A stretch of DNA of 64,000 nucleotides from Promethearchaeota archaeon (GCA_030599585.1 JAUVNS010000009.1:149233-213232); one strand, 5' to 3'. Positions 41,600 through 52,685 are shown, counted from the stretch's first letter. Made by a program: numbers and translations. Notes: generated by a model not told the origin, from the letters alone.

Positions 41600-44500
41600 T
41601 TACAATTTTATAATTTTTATTTTAAACATATTTTTATTTAGAATGAACATAGGAGTAAATTTAAAAAATTCATTTTGGTATTCTTTTGGAAATTGTTCTT
41701 GAAAATAAGTTTTGAATTCCTTCTTAAATTTATCCGATATTTGAATATATAATTCATCTGCATTCAAATCAATTACATGAAATAATGCGAGTGGAATTGT
41801 ATCAAGATGTTCTTTAAATCTTACCCTTTCATATGCTAGATTAATTTTGTAATAAAATTCTAAGATATCGACATTCTCCTCAAAATTTAATTCAAGGTCT
41901 AACCTTAGACTAAAATCTAAATCTAAATTGTCTCCAATAAAAAAACCACGCTCTTTTATAAAACTGATTATATGTTTTATAAGATGCTTATTCTCTATGT
42001 CAAGTTTGGCTCTAATTTGACCAACTTTTTTTTGTATTATGGAGTTAATCTCTGTTTTTATAGAGTCATAGATAAAACATTCTATACTCGAATCTTCTGG
42101 TTTCTCCTTAGTAAAAACTTCAAACTCATGAACCTTTTGCTTATATTTTGAATGTAAGATATTAAAAATACAGTTTAGAGCATATGTGCGACCTTCTATA
42201 CGGAGTTCTTTAACTTCTTTTAGTTTATTAAAAAGACTGCTTTGTAGTCTTTTTATCCAAAATTTATATATTTCAATGTTGTATTTACGGCATATTTCTT
42301 CAAACTCAGAAAAAAGTTCATTGTAATATATCAAGTTCCTAAAAGAGTGGAAAGGAAAGTGAAAATCTTCCCAGTTTCGATAAATTTCATGGATATCTTC
42401 TGAGTCACTATTCTTTATACTTTGTAGGAATGATCTTTCTTCATTAAGTAATTCATCGAGCACATATTTTTGGAGAAGAGAAATTTTTATGAAATAAAGT
42501 TCAGCTTTAATTTCCGAAGATACCAAGATTGGTTTTTTTTCCCGCATACTTTTAATTTCATAGCGAAAGATGTTTTTTGGAGAATTAAAAGACTGATTCA
42601 CAGCATTAAGATAGTAATAAATTATTTTGTATTTTTTAAGATTTCTAAATTCGGGAGAATACTGGAAACTTTTTCCTTCTGGAAAATTCTCTTCTAACTC
42701 TTTTTGGATATCTGTTAAATCAAACAGTTTTGTTAGACCAATATAATAGTATACAAAACTTAAAATATCTATTAAAGGATATTTTGACCTTAAATTTAAT
42801 TGTTGGATTTTTCTAAAAAAGATTATAACCTCTCTAAAAATTTGGTCAAGATTATCAAAATCTTGGTTAAGAAATTTCTTAATTATACATCTCCTAAAAC
42901 ACTCAGACTTTAAGAACCATATTCTTATTAAAGTCTCATAAAATTTCTCGGTTAGCATAAAATTATGATAAATTATAGTATAATCCTTTTCATCGAAAGG
43001 TTTGCGGAGAATTCTTAAATCTAATTTAGTTTTATTGATTCCAATAATGGATTTCTTAAAATCATTATTTTCCAGGTATTCTATATAAGGTCTCAGACCA
43101 TCATTAATGGAGTCATATTTCAATGTTATTGAACGTATGATGAATTCCAAATCATCATAAATCGTATAATAATTAGTTAAATCGAATACTCTTAATAAAT
43201 CCTTTAACTTGTTAAGAGTGTTATTAATAATTTGAAGAGTCTCTCTGTACATCCCCGCCTCCAGACTACTTTCGATATAGTGAAAATTAACATTTATAAA
43301 ATCTTTCTTCTTAGAATAGATTTCTTTAAAATAAGAGGTAGCGTTTGTACAGTCTTCTAGCTTTTGGTAACAACGGCCAATATAATACCATACACCATAA
43401 TATAGCTGATCATCGTTAAATAAATCTTTACTTGGATTTTTAGAAATTTTTATTAAAAGAGCTTTTGCCTTTTCGTATTTTTGATTATTATAAAAATTTA
43501 GTGCTTGCTGAATTTGTATTTTCTCTTTCTGGAAAATTTCATCTTTTTGTTCTGTTGATTCAATTAATTGTTTATCTGAAGAGATCTTTTGAGACATAAA
43601 ACCTTCCCTATATCTGTACTCTTTACCACCTCCTTGCCGCGTGCTTTCCCTTGATTCTAAATAATAAATCAAGTCCCATTGCTTAAAATAATTATAAATT
43701 GTCTGTATTGATCTTCCTTTTAGTTTATTCTTATACTCTTTAAAAAAGCTATTAATTGTTCTAAATCCCTCATTATCTTTAATAATGTTCTCCTCTTGCC
43801 TATCTTTTTGTAGCGCATCCTTAAAAAGGAGAGCAACATCTTCAACTGTAAGATCATTTTCTTTATATTCATTTACTTTTACTTTTTCCTCAATTTTTTC
43901 TTTCTCTAGCTCTAGCTCCTTTTCTTCAATTTTCAAAAATAATTCTTTTCCTTTTTCTATAAAAGTTTGGACCTCAAGAGAAAGACTTTTATACCATTCA
44001 TTAGGATTGAATATAGGAGTATTACTATGTTTATTTATAACTAATTCTACTTGATTAAGTTTAGACACTAAATCTTCAAATAAAAACAGAGGATTTTCAT
44101 TAATGATTTCAATTCCCGTTGTAATGAAAAAGTGAGGTAAGAATTTAACCCATTCATTATTGATATTGGAAGAATATTTTTCTTCCCTATATTCTTGCGT
44201 ATCAAAAAGGGAGAGCCTCTTAAAATTTAATAATATTAATTTGTTTAAAATTCTGTAGCAAAGAATAGAGCTACTATAATTCTCGTTAATAATACTTATA
44301 TCTAAAGTGTCAAAATATTCAGGCTCATCAATCCAAAATGAACAAATAATAAGAAGACCATAAGTTCCTGTTGTATATTCTTTTAATTTTAAATGTAAAT
44401 TGATATGAAGTAAATTATTTTCATAAATTAGAAAATTTAGATATTTTCCATAACGACCGTTAAAATAATCTTTAATCTTTGGTTCTTTAAACTCTAAAAA

Positions 44501-44866
44501 TCTTAAAATTTCGTTCCGAGACAAAGCCCCTGCTTCGTATCTTATCAACATACTTAGAGGAAAATTTTCTTTTATGAATTTTTTGGTCTCTTCTTCATTT
44601 TTAATATTTTGAAAAGTTTCAAGGTTTCTTCTCCAAGTAGTATAGCTTTTTTTAATGAATTTTTCAGCTAAAATATTATAGTCCTCACTATTTCCTAACA
44701 AATAAGACCATTGTCTTTTAATTTCATCTCCTAATTTCTCCTCATCAATTAATACTTGAACGTTATCCATAATTTTTTCTCTATCTTTATAGATATCATC
44801 TATAGAAAATAAAAAAAATAAAATCTGTTTAATAGGGTCATATTTATTGTGATAAATTTTTTCCAT
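41600..44866 (-). CDS. Large TPR-containing protein with central HTH-like segment
   Basis: 1088 aa; TPR-like ALNFYNNQKYEKAKALL and YYIGRCYQKLEDCTNATSYF; SIQTIYNYF…GGGKEYRY wHTH-like. Confidence 0.75.
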   Translation of the reverse strand: MEKIYHNKYDPIKQILFFLFSIDDIYKDREKIMDNVQVLIDEEKLGDEIKRQWSYLLGNSEDYNILAEKFIKKSYTTWRRNLETFQNIKNEEETKKFIKENFPLSMLIRYEAGALSRNEILRFLEFKEPKIKDYFNGRYGKYLNFLIYENNLLHINLHLKLKEYTTGTYGLLIICSFWIDEPEYFDTLDISIINENYSSSILCYRILNKLILLNFKRLSLFDTQEYREEKYSSNINNEWVKFLPHFFITTGIEIINENPLFLFEDLVSKLNQVELVINKHSNTPIFNPNEWYKSLSLEVQTFIEKGKELFLKIEEKELELEKEKIEEKVKVNEYKENDLTVEDVALLFKDALQKDRQEENIIKDNEGFRTINSFFKEYKNKLKGRSIQTIYNYFKQWDLIYYLESRESTRQGGGKEYRYREGFMSQKISSDKQLIESTEQKDEIFQKEKIQIQQALNFYNNQKYEKAKALLIKISKNPSKDLFNDDQLYYGVWYYIGRCYQKLEDCTNATSYFKEIYSKKKDFINVNFHYIESSLEAGMYRETLQIINNTLNKLKDLLRVFDLTNYYTIYDDLEFIIRSITLKYDSINDGLRPYIEYLENNDFKKSIIGINKTKLDLRILRKPFDEKDYTIIYHNFMLTEKFYETLIRIWFLKSECFRRCIIKKFLNQDFDNLDQIFREVIIFFRKIQQLNLRSKYPLIDILSFVYYYIGLTKLFDLTDIQKELEENFPEGKSFQYSPEFRNLKKYKIIYYYLNAVNQSFNSPKNIFRYEIKSMREKKPILVSSEIKAELYFIKISLLQKYVLDELLNEERSFLQSIKNSDSEDIHEIYRNWEDFHFPFHSFRNLIYYNELFSEFEEICRKYNIEIYKFWIKRLQSSLFNKLKEVKELRIEGRTYALNCIFNILHSKYKQKVHEFEVFTKEKPEDSSIECFIYDSIKTEINSIIQKKVGQIRAKLDIENKHLIKHIISFIKERGFFIGDNLDLDFSLRLDLELNFEENVDILEFYYKINLAYERVRFKEHLDTIPLALFHVIDLNADELYIQISDKFKKEFKTYFQEQFPKEYQNEFFKFTPMFILNKNMFKIKIIKL

Positions 44867-44907
44867 ATTATTTACCTTCCCTCTATATCTTACCTTTTGG
44901 TTTTTAT

Positions 44908-45330
44908 TTATTCAAGTATTAATTCTCCATTTATAAACATAAATGTCTTTCTATTTTCCCTTATCCACTCCTTTCCATAATCATCATAATGATCTTTACA
45001 AAGATCATTTGTTAAGAACTTGCATTTAAAAGCTTTAGCAATGTTTAAGAAAAATTTATCCGCTTTCCTACCCGCAGGTGCTTGATAGACAATCCCTTCT
45101 TCTACAAGTTCCTCATATTCTTGTTCATAATCCATTGAATGTCTGAATGGAGCATCTAATATTAGGTAAGGATCATAATTCTCTTCGAGCAAGGTGCTAT
45201 ACACTTTTCTAATATTTTTTACCTTAAAATTTCCTTCTTCATCACGATCTCTAAATAAAATATTTGCTAAATCAACAGTAATTTTCTCACGTAGAATGGA
45301 TTTGGATATAAAACTTTCTTTTTCAATCAT
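44908..45330 (-). CDS. NYN/Zc3h12a-like (PIN-fold) ribonuclease
   Basis: VDLANI, LDA, APAGRKADKFFL, LTNDL.KD; AGGTGA RBS favours the ATG at 45330. Confidence 0.8.
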   Translation of the reverse strand: MIEKESFISKSILREKITVDLANILFRDRDEEGNFKVKNIRKVYSTLLEENYDPYLILDAPFRHSMDYEQEYEELVEEGIVYQAPAGRKADKFFLNIAKAFKCKFLTNDLCKDHYDDYGKEWIRENRKTFMFINGELILE

Positions 45331-45566
45331 AATGATCACCTTTTTAGGTTTCTACTCTTAATATAGTTTAGTTTATATTTAAAATAATTTGTTTCGAAGT
45401 TTCAAGAAACATTTTTATCATTATTTTTAAACTTTAACCCTAAAAAGATCTAAGAAAATGGAATAAAAAATATGAAAATCAAAAAAAATAAAGTATTGAG
45501 AGTTTTATTCTCAAATATTGTTTGAGTGCTTACTCAAGCTATTACTAAAATTTTTCTGTAACACAT

Positions 45567-48500
45567 CTAAATTATCTTTTTTTTTTTTTCAGTAATTTTT
45601 TTACTAATGAATTCGATAAATTTACTAGGTGGAGTATTTGTTCCAAAAACCTCTACTATTCCTTCCATCTTTATTGCTCGTATATTTTCTTCTGGAATAA
45701 GACCACCAGCAACCACTAATACATCTTTTAATTTCTTTTCTCTATAGATTTTCATTATTTTGGGGATAATATCAATCTGTGATTCTGAAGCTATTAAAAT
45801 TCCAATTACATCAACATGCCTTTGGATAGCTGTATCTATTATCTGTATTGGTGTTTGTATTTGGTTTGAGTAAATAGCTTCCATACTTGCATCTTTTAAA
45901 GCTTCAATTACTACTTTTACACCTCTTTCATCTCTGGACGGTCCAGGTCTTATTATTAAAACCTGTGTCTTATCTTTAAATACATTTTTAATATCAAGAT
46001 AAATTTTTACATTAGGAAAAGATCTTAGAAGATTAGCATCAGTTATATCTGTATTTCGAATATCAAGTATTTCTAGGTTTTTACAAACTTTTAATATTTC
46101 CAGCACATTCATAATTCTTACATTTGTTCCTGCAAGGCGAAGAACCTGGAGATTTGGGCAATTCTCCAAGACTCTGATATCAAAAACTCTTGTCCCACTG
46201 AGATCAAGAATTTGGAGTTTAGCGCAAAACTTTAATGCATTTATATTAGACACTCCTGTATTATTAAGGTAGAGTTCTTGAAGGTTTTTGCAAGATTCCA
46301 ATGAACTAATATCAGATACATTTGTCCAGCCAAGGTCAAGGGTTTGTAGGCTCTTACAATCCTCCAAAATTTTAAAATCTTCCACATCTGTGTCTTCTAG
46401 GCGAAGAACCTGGAGATTATTTAAATGCTTTAAAACATTAAGATTAATAATCTTCGTTCTATTAAGAGAGAGTTTTTGAAGATCTTTAAAAGATGATAGA
46501 ACTCTAAACATAGATATCTTAGTCCTATTAAGATAGAGTTCTTGAAGGTTTTTACAAGGGTATAAAGAACTAATATCAGATACTTTTGTCCAATTGAGAT
46601 TAAGTACTTGGAGATTTTTACATGTCTTTAATGTTCTAACATTTTTTACAGGTATTCCCTCAAGGCTGAGAGATCTAAGCTTATTACAATCTTTTAAAAT
46701 TTCACATGAATCTTTAATAGATATCCACTTCCCAATTATTCGTGGACTACTATGAACAATAATCATCTCGCAAATCTCTTCAAGAATCGACCATTTCTTC
46801 CAATCAGTTTTCCACAATTTTTTTAGTGTATTTCCCCACCAAGCAATATGATGCACACTAACTGGCACATTGGGTCCTGATGCTCTCCCTTCACTAGGTA
46901 ATAGCAATATTTCACTCGAATCTTTTGGAGATTTACGCCATAAACTTATTATTTCAACTAGAAAATAAATAAATTCTTCTTTTTTACCTTCTTCTACAAA
47001 ATTCCACAATTTTCCTCCTGTCTCTTTTAACCGATCCCATTTCAACCTTTTTTTTCTATATAGCCATAACAACCCAGAATACAGATCTTCAGGACTTAAA
47101 CCTTTTTCTCCACTTACAGCATATCCCCAACTAAATAGTGTTAATAAAATTACTAAATCAGGAGTTTGTTCAATCGAGAGTTGCTTTTTAATTAAATTCT
47201 GAAGATTAACTATAACAGAAACAAAACTCCAGGGACTTTCAGATTTTTGGGCTAATGATAAATTGTCTATGTAAATAAATTTCTTTAAAGTAGTATTACT
47301 TAATCCTTTAAACCATTTAGTAAAACGGTCTACCCATTCAGTTTCCCAATAAGACCGATATTCATTTACTGTTATAATATGAATCTCTCTTGGCCATGGT
47401 CTGCTCTTTTCAGTTTCTGATGTTAATGTCTGTAAGAGTATAATGCTACTATGATTATTTCTAGCTATCAATATTGCTTTATTCCAAAAAAAATTATCCC
47501 TTTTAAGGTGATAATCATCCATTATCACCAAAATATTACTATTATGCAATAATTCAATAATTATTTCATAATCTTGATCATCAATCAATGTGAAGGGATC
47601 TGGAAAATAATATACTTTTTTATTCTTTAATGCAAATGCTAAAGCAACCCAGAGTACGAGACGGCTTTTTCCCCAACCAGAAGGTGCTGCTATTCCAATA
47701 GCGAAGTGCTCTTCAAGAGTACCTATAATTTTGTTGAAAAGGGGAACTGGAGGAGGTACACTAATTAGAGCATAGTCTAAATAACGTGATTGAAATAATC
47801 CTTTTGTACCCATTCTAATACTACTAAAAGCATTTTGCAGCCATTTAGATCCTTTAACAATCTTTTCAAGTTTAATTAATACAGGTAACCATCGCTTTGA
47901 CTCTATTAAAAAGTTATAAAAATTTTCATAATTAGAAAAGCCTATTTTCTTATTCCATTTTCCCTTCCAGTTATTAGACCACTTCAAAAGAAAGAGTGCG
48001 TGAAACTCCCTTTCCTTCAATGTTTTTAGCTTTTTTCTTTCAAAACTCTTTTTTTTTATACCGAAAGGTAATTCTATTGGCTCTCGTTTTATTCTATCCC
48101 ATTTTACTGATTTTATATAAGTTATAGGATAAAGAATCCCTGTCTCTAGATCTATATTATAAACATTAAATTGGCGAGGTATATAATCAATACCTACTTT
48201 TCTTTCAGTTTTTTTTGCAAATAAAGATCCTGCAGATATGCATTTAATTTTGCAAATTTCATCAGCCATGGAATCTGGATGATGAATATCACCTACAAGC
48301 GCTAAGACAACATTTCTTCTTCTAAGTTCATCTAACGCATGATCGTGATTATATGAAATTTCGTGTAATCTATGATGACATAACATTATTTTCGGTAAAT
48401 TCTCATCTTTTGAAAAATAATCATTAATTTTATTAAAGTAATTTTTAGAAATATTAACATTCTTACGAGATATTTTATTGAAAATATTTAGGCAACTATT

Positions 48501-48977
48501 AAATAAAAGAAGCTCAATCTTTTTATTCGTCAATTTATCATAAAAAATAGTTGAATCGAAAATCGAAAAAGTTTTGTTAATTATAAATTTGCTTTCAAAT
48601 CCATTTTCTTTACAAAAATTTACAAAATTATTAAATCTCTTTTCATTTTTATACCATTGAACATCGTGATTTCCAGGTAGTATTATCCATCTATTTTTAG
48701 GGATTGGTTTTAAACCTTTAAGGAAAATTTCTTCGATAATTGGTACAAATTCTTTTGATAAATTGTCATACTCTTCTTTTGACCCTGTACTGGCTAAATC
48801 TCCGGTTATTGCTATTATATCTATAGGAGATTTTAAATGAATATTATAAAATTCATTTTTTATGTCCATCAATATATCTTTATATTTTTCTTCCCAATTT
48901 TCAGAAAAACTGTCTTGTAAGTCAGGTTTTATTCCAAATTTACCTTCTTGAATATCAGAAAGATGTAATATTCGCAT
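45567..48977 (-). CDS. NLR-like protein: metallophosphoesterase - P-loop NTPase - 10 LRRs - degenerate B12-binding domain
   Basis: HLSDIQ, TGDL, PGNHD, HH, GDIH; APSGWGKSRL and LVIMDDYH; ten LRRs of about 22 aa; C-terminal domain co-linear with the methylmalonyl-CoA mutase cobalamin-binding subunit. Start at MRILHLSD preferred to 49031. Confidence 0.88.
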   Translation of the reverse strand: MRILHLSDIQEGKFGIKPDLQDSFSENWEEKYKDILMDIKNEFYNIHLKSPIDIIAITGDLASTGSKEEYDNLSKEFVPIIEEIFLKGLKPIPKNRWIILPGNHDVQWYKNEKRFNNFVNFCKENGFESKFIINKTFSIFDSTIFYDKLTNKKIELLLFNSCLNIFNKISRKNVNISKNYFNKINDYFSKDENLPKIMLCHHRLHEISYNHDHALDELRRRNVVLALVGDIHHPDSMADEICKIKCISAGSLFAKKTERKVGIDYIPRQFNVYNIDLETGILYPITYIKSVKWDRIKREPIELPFGIKKKSFERKKLKTLKEREFHALFLLKWSNNWKGKWNKKIGFSNYENFYNFLIESKRWLPVLIKLEKIVKGSKWLQNAFSSIRMGTKGLFQSRYLDYALISVPPPVPLFNKIIGTLEEHFAIGIAAPSGWGKSRLVLWVALAFALKNKKVYYFPDPFTLIDDQDYEIIIELLHNSNILVIMDDYHLKRDNFFWNKAILIARNNHSSIILLQTLTSETEKSRPWPREIHIITVNEYRSYWETEWVDRFTKWFKGLSNTTLKKFIYIDNLSLAQKSESPWSFVSVIVNLQNLIKKQLSIEQTPDLVILLTLFSWGYAVSGEKGLSPEDLYSGLLWLYRKKRLKWDRLKETGGKLWNFVEEGKKEEFIYFLVEIISLWRKSPKDSSEILLLPSEGRASGPNVPVSVHHIAWWGNTLKKLWKTDWKKWSILEEICEMIIVHSSPRIIGKWISIKDSCEILKDCNKLRSLSLEGIPVKNVRTLKTCKNLQVLNLNWTKVSDISSLYPCKNLQELYLNRTKISMFRVLSSFKDLQKLSLNRTKIINLNVLKHLNNLQVLRLEDTDVEDFKILEDCKSLQTLDLGWTNVSDISSLESCKNLQELYLNNTGVSNINALKFCAKLQILDLSGTRVFDIRVLENCPNLQVLRLAGTNVRIMNVLEILKVCKNLEILDIRNTDITDANLLRSFPNVKIYLDIKNVFKDKTQVLIIRPGPSRDERGVKVVIEALKDASMEAIYSNQIQTPIQIIDTAIQRHVDVIGILIASESQIDIIPKIMKIYREKKLKDVLVVAGGLIPEENIRAIKMEGIVEVFGTNTPPSKFIEFISKKITEKKKKII

Positions 48978-49548
48978 TATATTTTCTCTCTTTAATTTTA
49001 TGTATAAATTTCTTCCAGATATCCTTTGCATGAAATGGGCTTCCTCTTCGGAAACTCTTTACTTGAAGAATTTTTATCTTCACTTGTTATTTATTGAATT
49101 TTTTATCCATTTCTAACATAAAAATAATATCATCATTAAAATATCTATCAAGATTTATTTAGATAACCAAAAAAAAATACCATCATCCTAAAGTTACTAA
49201 ATGTAAATTAAATTCTAATGCACTTTTAACTTTTGATTGAAATAAATTGGATATTTATACAAGAAGATTATTATAATTTATTAGATATTACTCCTAATTG
49301 GAATTATCCCAATTCCAGATAATTGATGATATATAATCAATAGTTGGCTTAGGTCTCACTGAAGTACACCAGGAAACACTTCGGTCAGAAAAATTGTCCC
49401 ACAGGAAGTGGATGATCTTTGGAGTTAAAGGAGTGTCTTAAATATAATTTATGATAGATAATTAGTAATAATAAATTAGTTTAGAACTAAGGAGAAATCA
49501 TACTTATCATAGTTTTGGGGAATTTCAAATGAAAAAGCATTAATCTTC

Positions 49549-50145
49549 TTGAGATTAAAGAAAAAATTTCCCTCGATTAAGTTTGAGCTCAACGATTTTT
49601 TAACGGAGCGGTTTAAAAGCAAGTCCACGGCGGTACAAATCTTTTTAATTCAAGGAGGATTCCTCAGTTTTTTGGAAGACGATTGCGTTGAAGACATTTT
49701 CCAATACGTTGTAGATAAACAAGTGTTTTATTCCCTTGCAGGGTATTACAAGCGTTCGCAAAATTTAGTTTCGGAAATAAAAGCGTTAAACTCGCTCGTC
49801 CAGGCGGATTCAATAAACTACATTAACAACATGGCGTTAGCAAATAGATACCTAAAAAATAACGATGCCAAGAACGCGATTCTCGTGTTTAGAAAAATCC
49901 TGATGCTCTACCCTAACGACGAGAGGTCTCTATTTTTTCTCGCTCACCTGTATATGTTCGAAAGGAAGATAAGTAAAGCAAAAAAAACGCTCGGTCGCGT
50001 AAAAAATGCGGAGTTTAAATTCGCGAAATATAGAAACTTAAACGAGCTGGACCGCGGTATGTATAAAATATTAAAATTAAGAGAGTTTGACCGCGATAGC
50101 GATCCCCATTTTAGAGGGTGGGAAGAAGCATTTGAAGACTGGTAA
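49549..50145 (+). CDS. TPR-containing protein
   Basis: LANRYLKNNDAKNAILVFRKILMLYPNDERSLFFLAHLY, a TPR consensus. Confidence 0.7.
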   Translation: MRLKKKFPSIKFELNDFLTERFKSKSTAVQIFLIQGGFLSFLEDDCVEDIFQYVVDKQVFYSLAGYYKRSQNLVSEIKALNSLVQADSINYINNMALANRYLKNNDAKNAILVFRKILMLYPNDERSLFFLAHLYMFERKISKAKKTLGRVKNAEFKFAKYRNLNELDRGMYKILKLREFDRDSDPHFRGWEEAFEDW

Positions 50146-50214
50146 CTTGATTTTTGTAAATTATTTGTTTAATACTCATCTATTATTAATATAGATCGTT
50201 TAAGAACTACAACT

Positions 50215-50448
50215 ATGTCACAAGTTTCTCCCCAAAGAAATTGTATTGACTGCAAAAAATCCATCTCGTTCGACGAGTTTAGAGCGAACCACCCTCAATA
50301 TTCAAAAAAACGAGCCCTCCTCATTTGGAACGACAAATTATTCTCAATTTTTTGTCCCAAATGTTTCCTTAACGCTCCTGAGAAACCTTATAAAAAAAAT
50401 AAGTATAGCTATTTTGAATCCTATTTAAGCCGTCGAAGAGTAAATTAG
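50215..50448 (+). CDS. Small Zn-finger protein
   Basis: CIDC…CPKC. Confidence 0.7.
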   Translation: MSQVSPQRNCIDCKKSISFDEFRANHPQYSKKRALLIWNDKLFSIFCPKCFLNAPEKPYKKNKYSYFESYLSRRRVN

Positions 50449-50818
50449 CAGAAATTTTAACTTTTTCTTTAAATAAAGCTTCATATTATGATTATAGATT
50501 TTTCTTTTATAATCATAACAATGTTAACTATTTCTAAAAATCTTTTATTCAATAGTTAATTTTATGAAATTTAACATCATGTCATTTTTTTTCTATAATC
50601 AAAATTTGTTCGTTTTAAAAAATCATGAGATTCTTATAATATGAGATATCATTAATTTTTAGTGTTAGACTAGCATGAATTCCACCTAACCTTTTATTTA
50701 AATTCCTATCCTTGGAATACGGATTCGCGTAGTAAATTAATCTTTTTTGCTATTTTTTTAAAGATTTAAATAGATCAATATATATTTAATTATTGAATTA
50801 AATTGTGTGATTTAATCT

Positions 50819-51499
50819 ATGGTCGATACAGAAAATTTGAAATCTTGCCTAAAAAATAAAAAAAATACGAGTTTTATAAAAAAAATCTCTCACAATAATA
50901 AATGTGAATCAGGAAATTTTCGAGGAAATGGAAGCACGCAACCAAAAACGGAAATTTTGAATCTTGAATTTGATAATCCTTTATTAAAACTTCCCAGAGG
51001 TTCTGAAAACCTAAATTTAGGTTCCCGAAATAAAAGAAGAATTCCTAAAATACAAAATTATATAGAACCATATGTAAATAAGACATTTAAGACGAATAAA
51101 AAAACTCTAAAAGCTTTAAATGACCTTTCCGTGAGTATACACTCAGAAATGGATACAGAATTCTGTGTAGATGAAAATGGAAATGGTTCCAATTTTTCAT
51201 TTACAACAGATAATAATCCCAAATCTGTTTCGCCTGTAGATAAGAAATTACAATGTAACAAAACATTTAATGTACATACCCATCCTACTATTAAAGGAAA
51301 TCCTTTGACGGGGAAATCTGAGCTTTCAATGAATGATAAAGTCTATTATCTTACCAGGTTATATGATTCAAATGACAATTTAGCTTGTGGATGTGCAATA
51401 GGAGAGGACGATAGGAAAATTAATTGTCTCTGCAACATAAAAAAATTAATGAAAGATGAAAAAATTGATGAAATAAAAAATTTTGAAAAAAAAATCTAA
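50819..51499 (+). CDS. JAB/MPN-like metalloprotein
   Basis: E (DTEF) … HTHP … S..D (LSMND) motif. Confidence 0.55.
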   Translation: MVDTENLKSCLKNKKNTSFIKKISHNNKCESGNFRGNGSTQPKTEILNLEFDNPLLKLPRGSENLNLGSRNKRRIPKIQNYIEPYVNKTFKTNKKTLKALNDLSVSIHSEMDTEFCVDENGNGSNFSFTTDNNPKSVSPVDKKLQCNKTFNVHTHPTIKGNPLTGKSELSMNDKVYYLTRLYDSNDNLACGCAIGEDDRKINCLCNIKKLMKDEKIDEIKNFEKKI

Positions 51500-52539
51500 T
51501 TTAATGTCTTAAAGTTGTTATACGATTTTAAAGATCATTTCACTAAATATCTCTTGAATACCTGTAAAAAAATTATCTACTTTCTTTATAAATATTACTG
51601 GGAAATTTTTCTAAAAAGACTTCAAAAAGAACTTTTTTATATATAATAAAAAGATAACATTTTTTTTTTCGATTTTGAATAATAGCAAAAAAAAATTGCA
51701 ATGTTTATAAATGCATAGACCTAGTTGTGAAATTTAGTCAGGTATTTAAACATGTTTCTCACTTTTGCTTGCTCTTTTACGAATTTTTTGAGACGCATAA
51801 AAAATCAAGTAAATCTAACACTTTTATGAAATATCCTGAATATAATTGCAATAATGGTCAATTTTCTCAATTTTTATGTCTGTTTTATATTCAATAACTA
51901 ATAACCCAATTAACAACCCAATAATAAACGATATGATCAAAATATATACTCAAATTTCAATTACAGACACCGTGAAAATTGTAGCTAGTAAAGTAAATGA
52001 GCTCCCTAAAAATATGCTTCTAAATCCAATTATCCTGCCCATATGACTTGTTTTGTAATCCAGGGCTTTATTATATTCGTTTAGTAATAAATTGTCAATT
52101 GTAGAGATAAAATCACCTTAATTAATTTTATTTTTGAAAGCCAAATATTTAATGTTTTTGTAAACATCTCGCTTTTTTCAAAAATTTCTTTTTATGCTTT
52201 AGAGGAAACATCTATTGAATTAATTGAGAGAAAAAAATATAAAAAGTGATTCCTGCCAATAATCTTCAACTCAATTTACCCCAAACTTCGCGGTGTTATT
52301 TAACCGCAAAGGTGAAAATTTTAAAGTAAGGTAAATAAATTATAGGCAATTGAGTAATCGCCTTATATTGACAGGAACCTTGTATTTGTGCGAAAAACCA
52401 ATCAAAAAACTACCAATTTTTGTCGGTTATATAATCAAAAGAAAATTGTATTTATAAAAATTTAGGTATATAAATCTTGGCAAATTATAAATCTCGCAAT
52501 CTCGAATCTAATTTTAGACTGAGTTTACGTGTAACCAGT

Positions 52540-52685
52540 AAGTAAGGTAGGTAAACGCGCAAAGCTCTTATTTTACGCGATATACTAAGTTTCAAAGCTA
52601 TATATATCTGGTGTAATAAAGAGTGGTAAAATTTTTTATGGAAAGAAGAATCACTTCTCTTTTTAGTGTGCTGCCTACCTTACTT
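52540..52685 (+). ncRNA. Candidate structured RNA element
   Basis: A 14-bp helix (52540-52553 with 52672-52685, one G-U) is extended by CGCGC/GUGUG wobble pairs, in a 1.5-kb stretch with no long ORF. Confidence 0.3.

Noticed and set aside
45580-45965. Functional methylmalonyl-CoA mutase small subunit
   Set aside because: DxHxxG is destroyed, the domain is fused in frame to LRRs, and no large subunit or meaB is nearby.
46000-46700. DGR template/variable repeats among similar DNA segments
   Set aside because: The similarity is explained by 66-bp LRR duplications; no reverse transcriptase is present.
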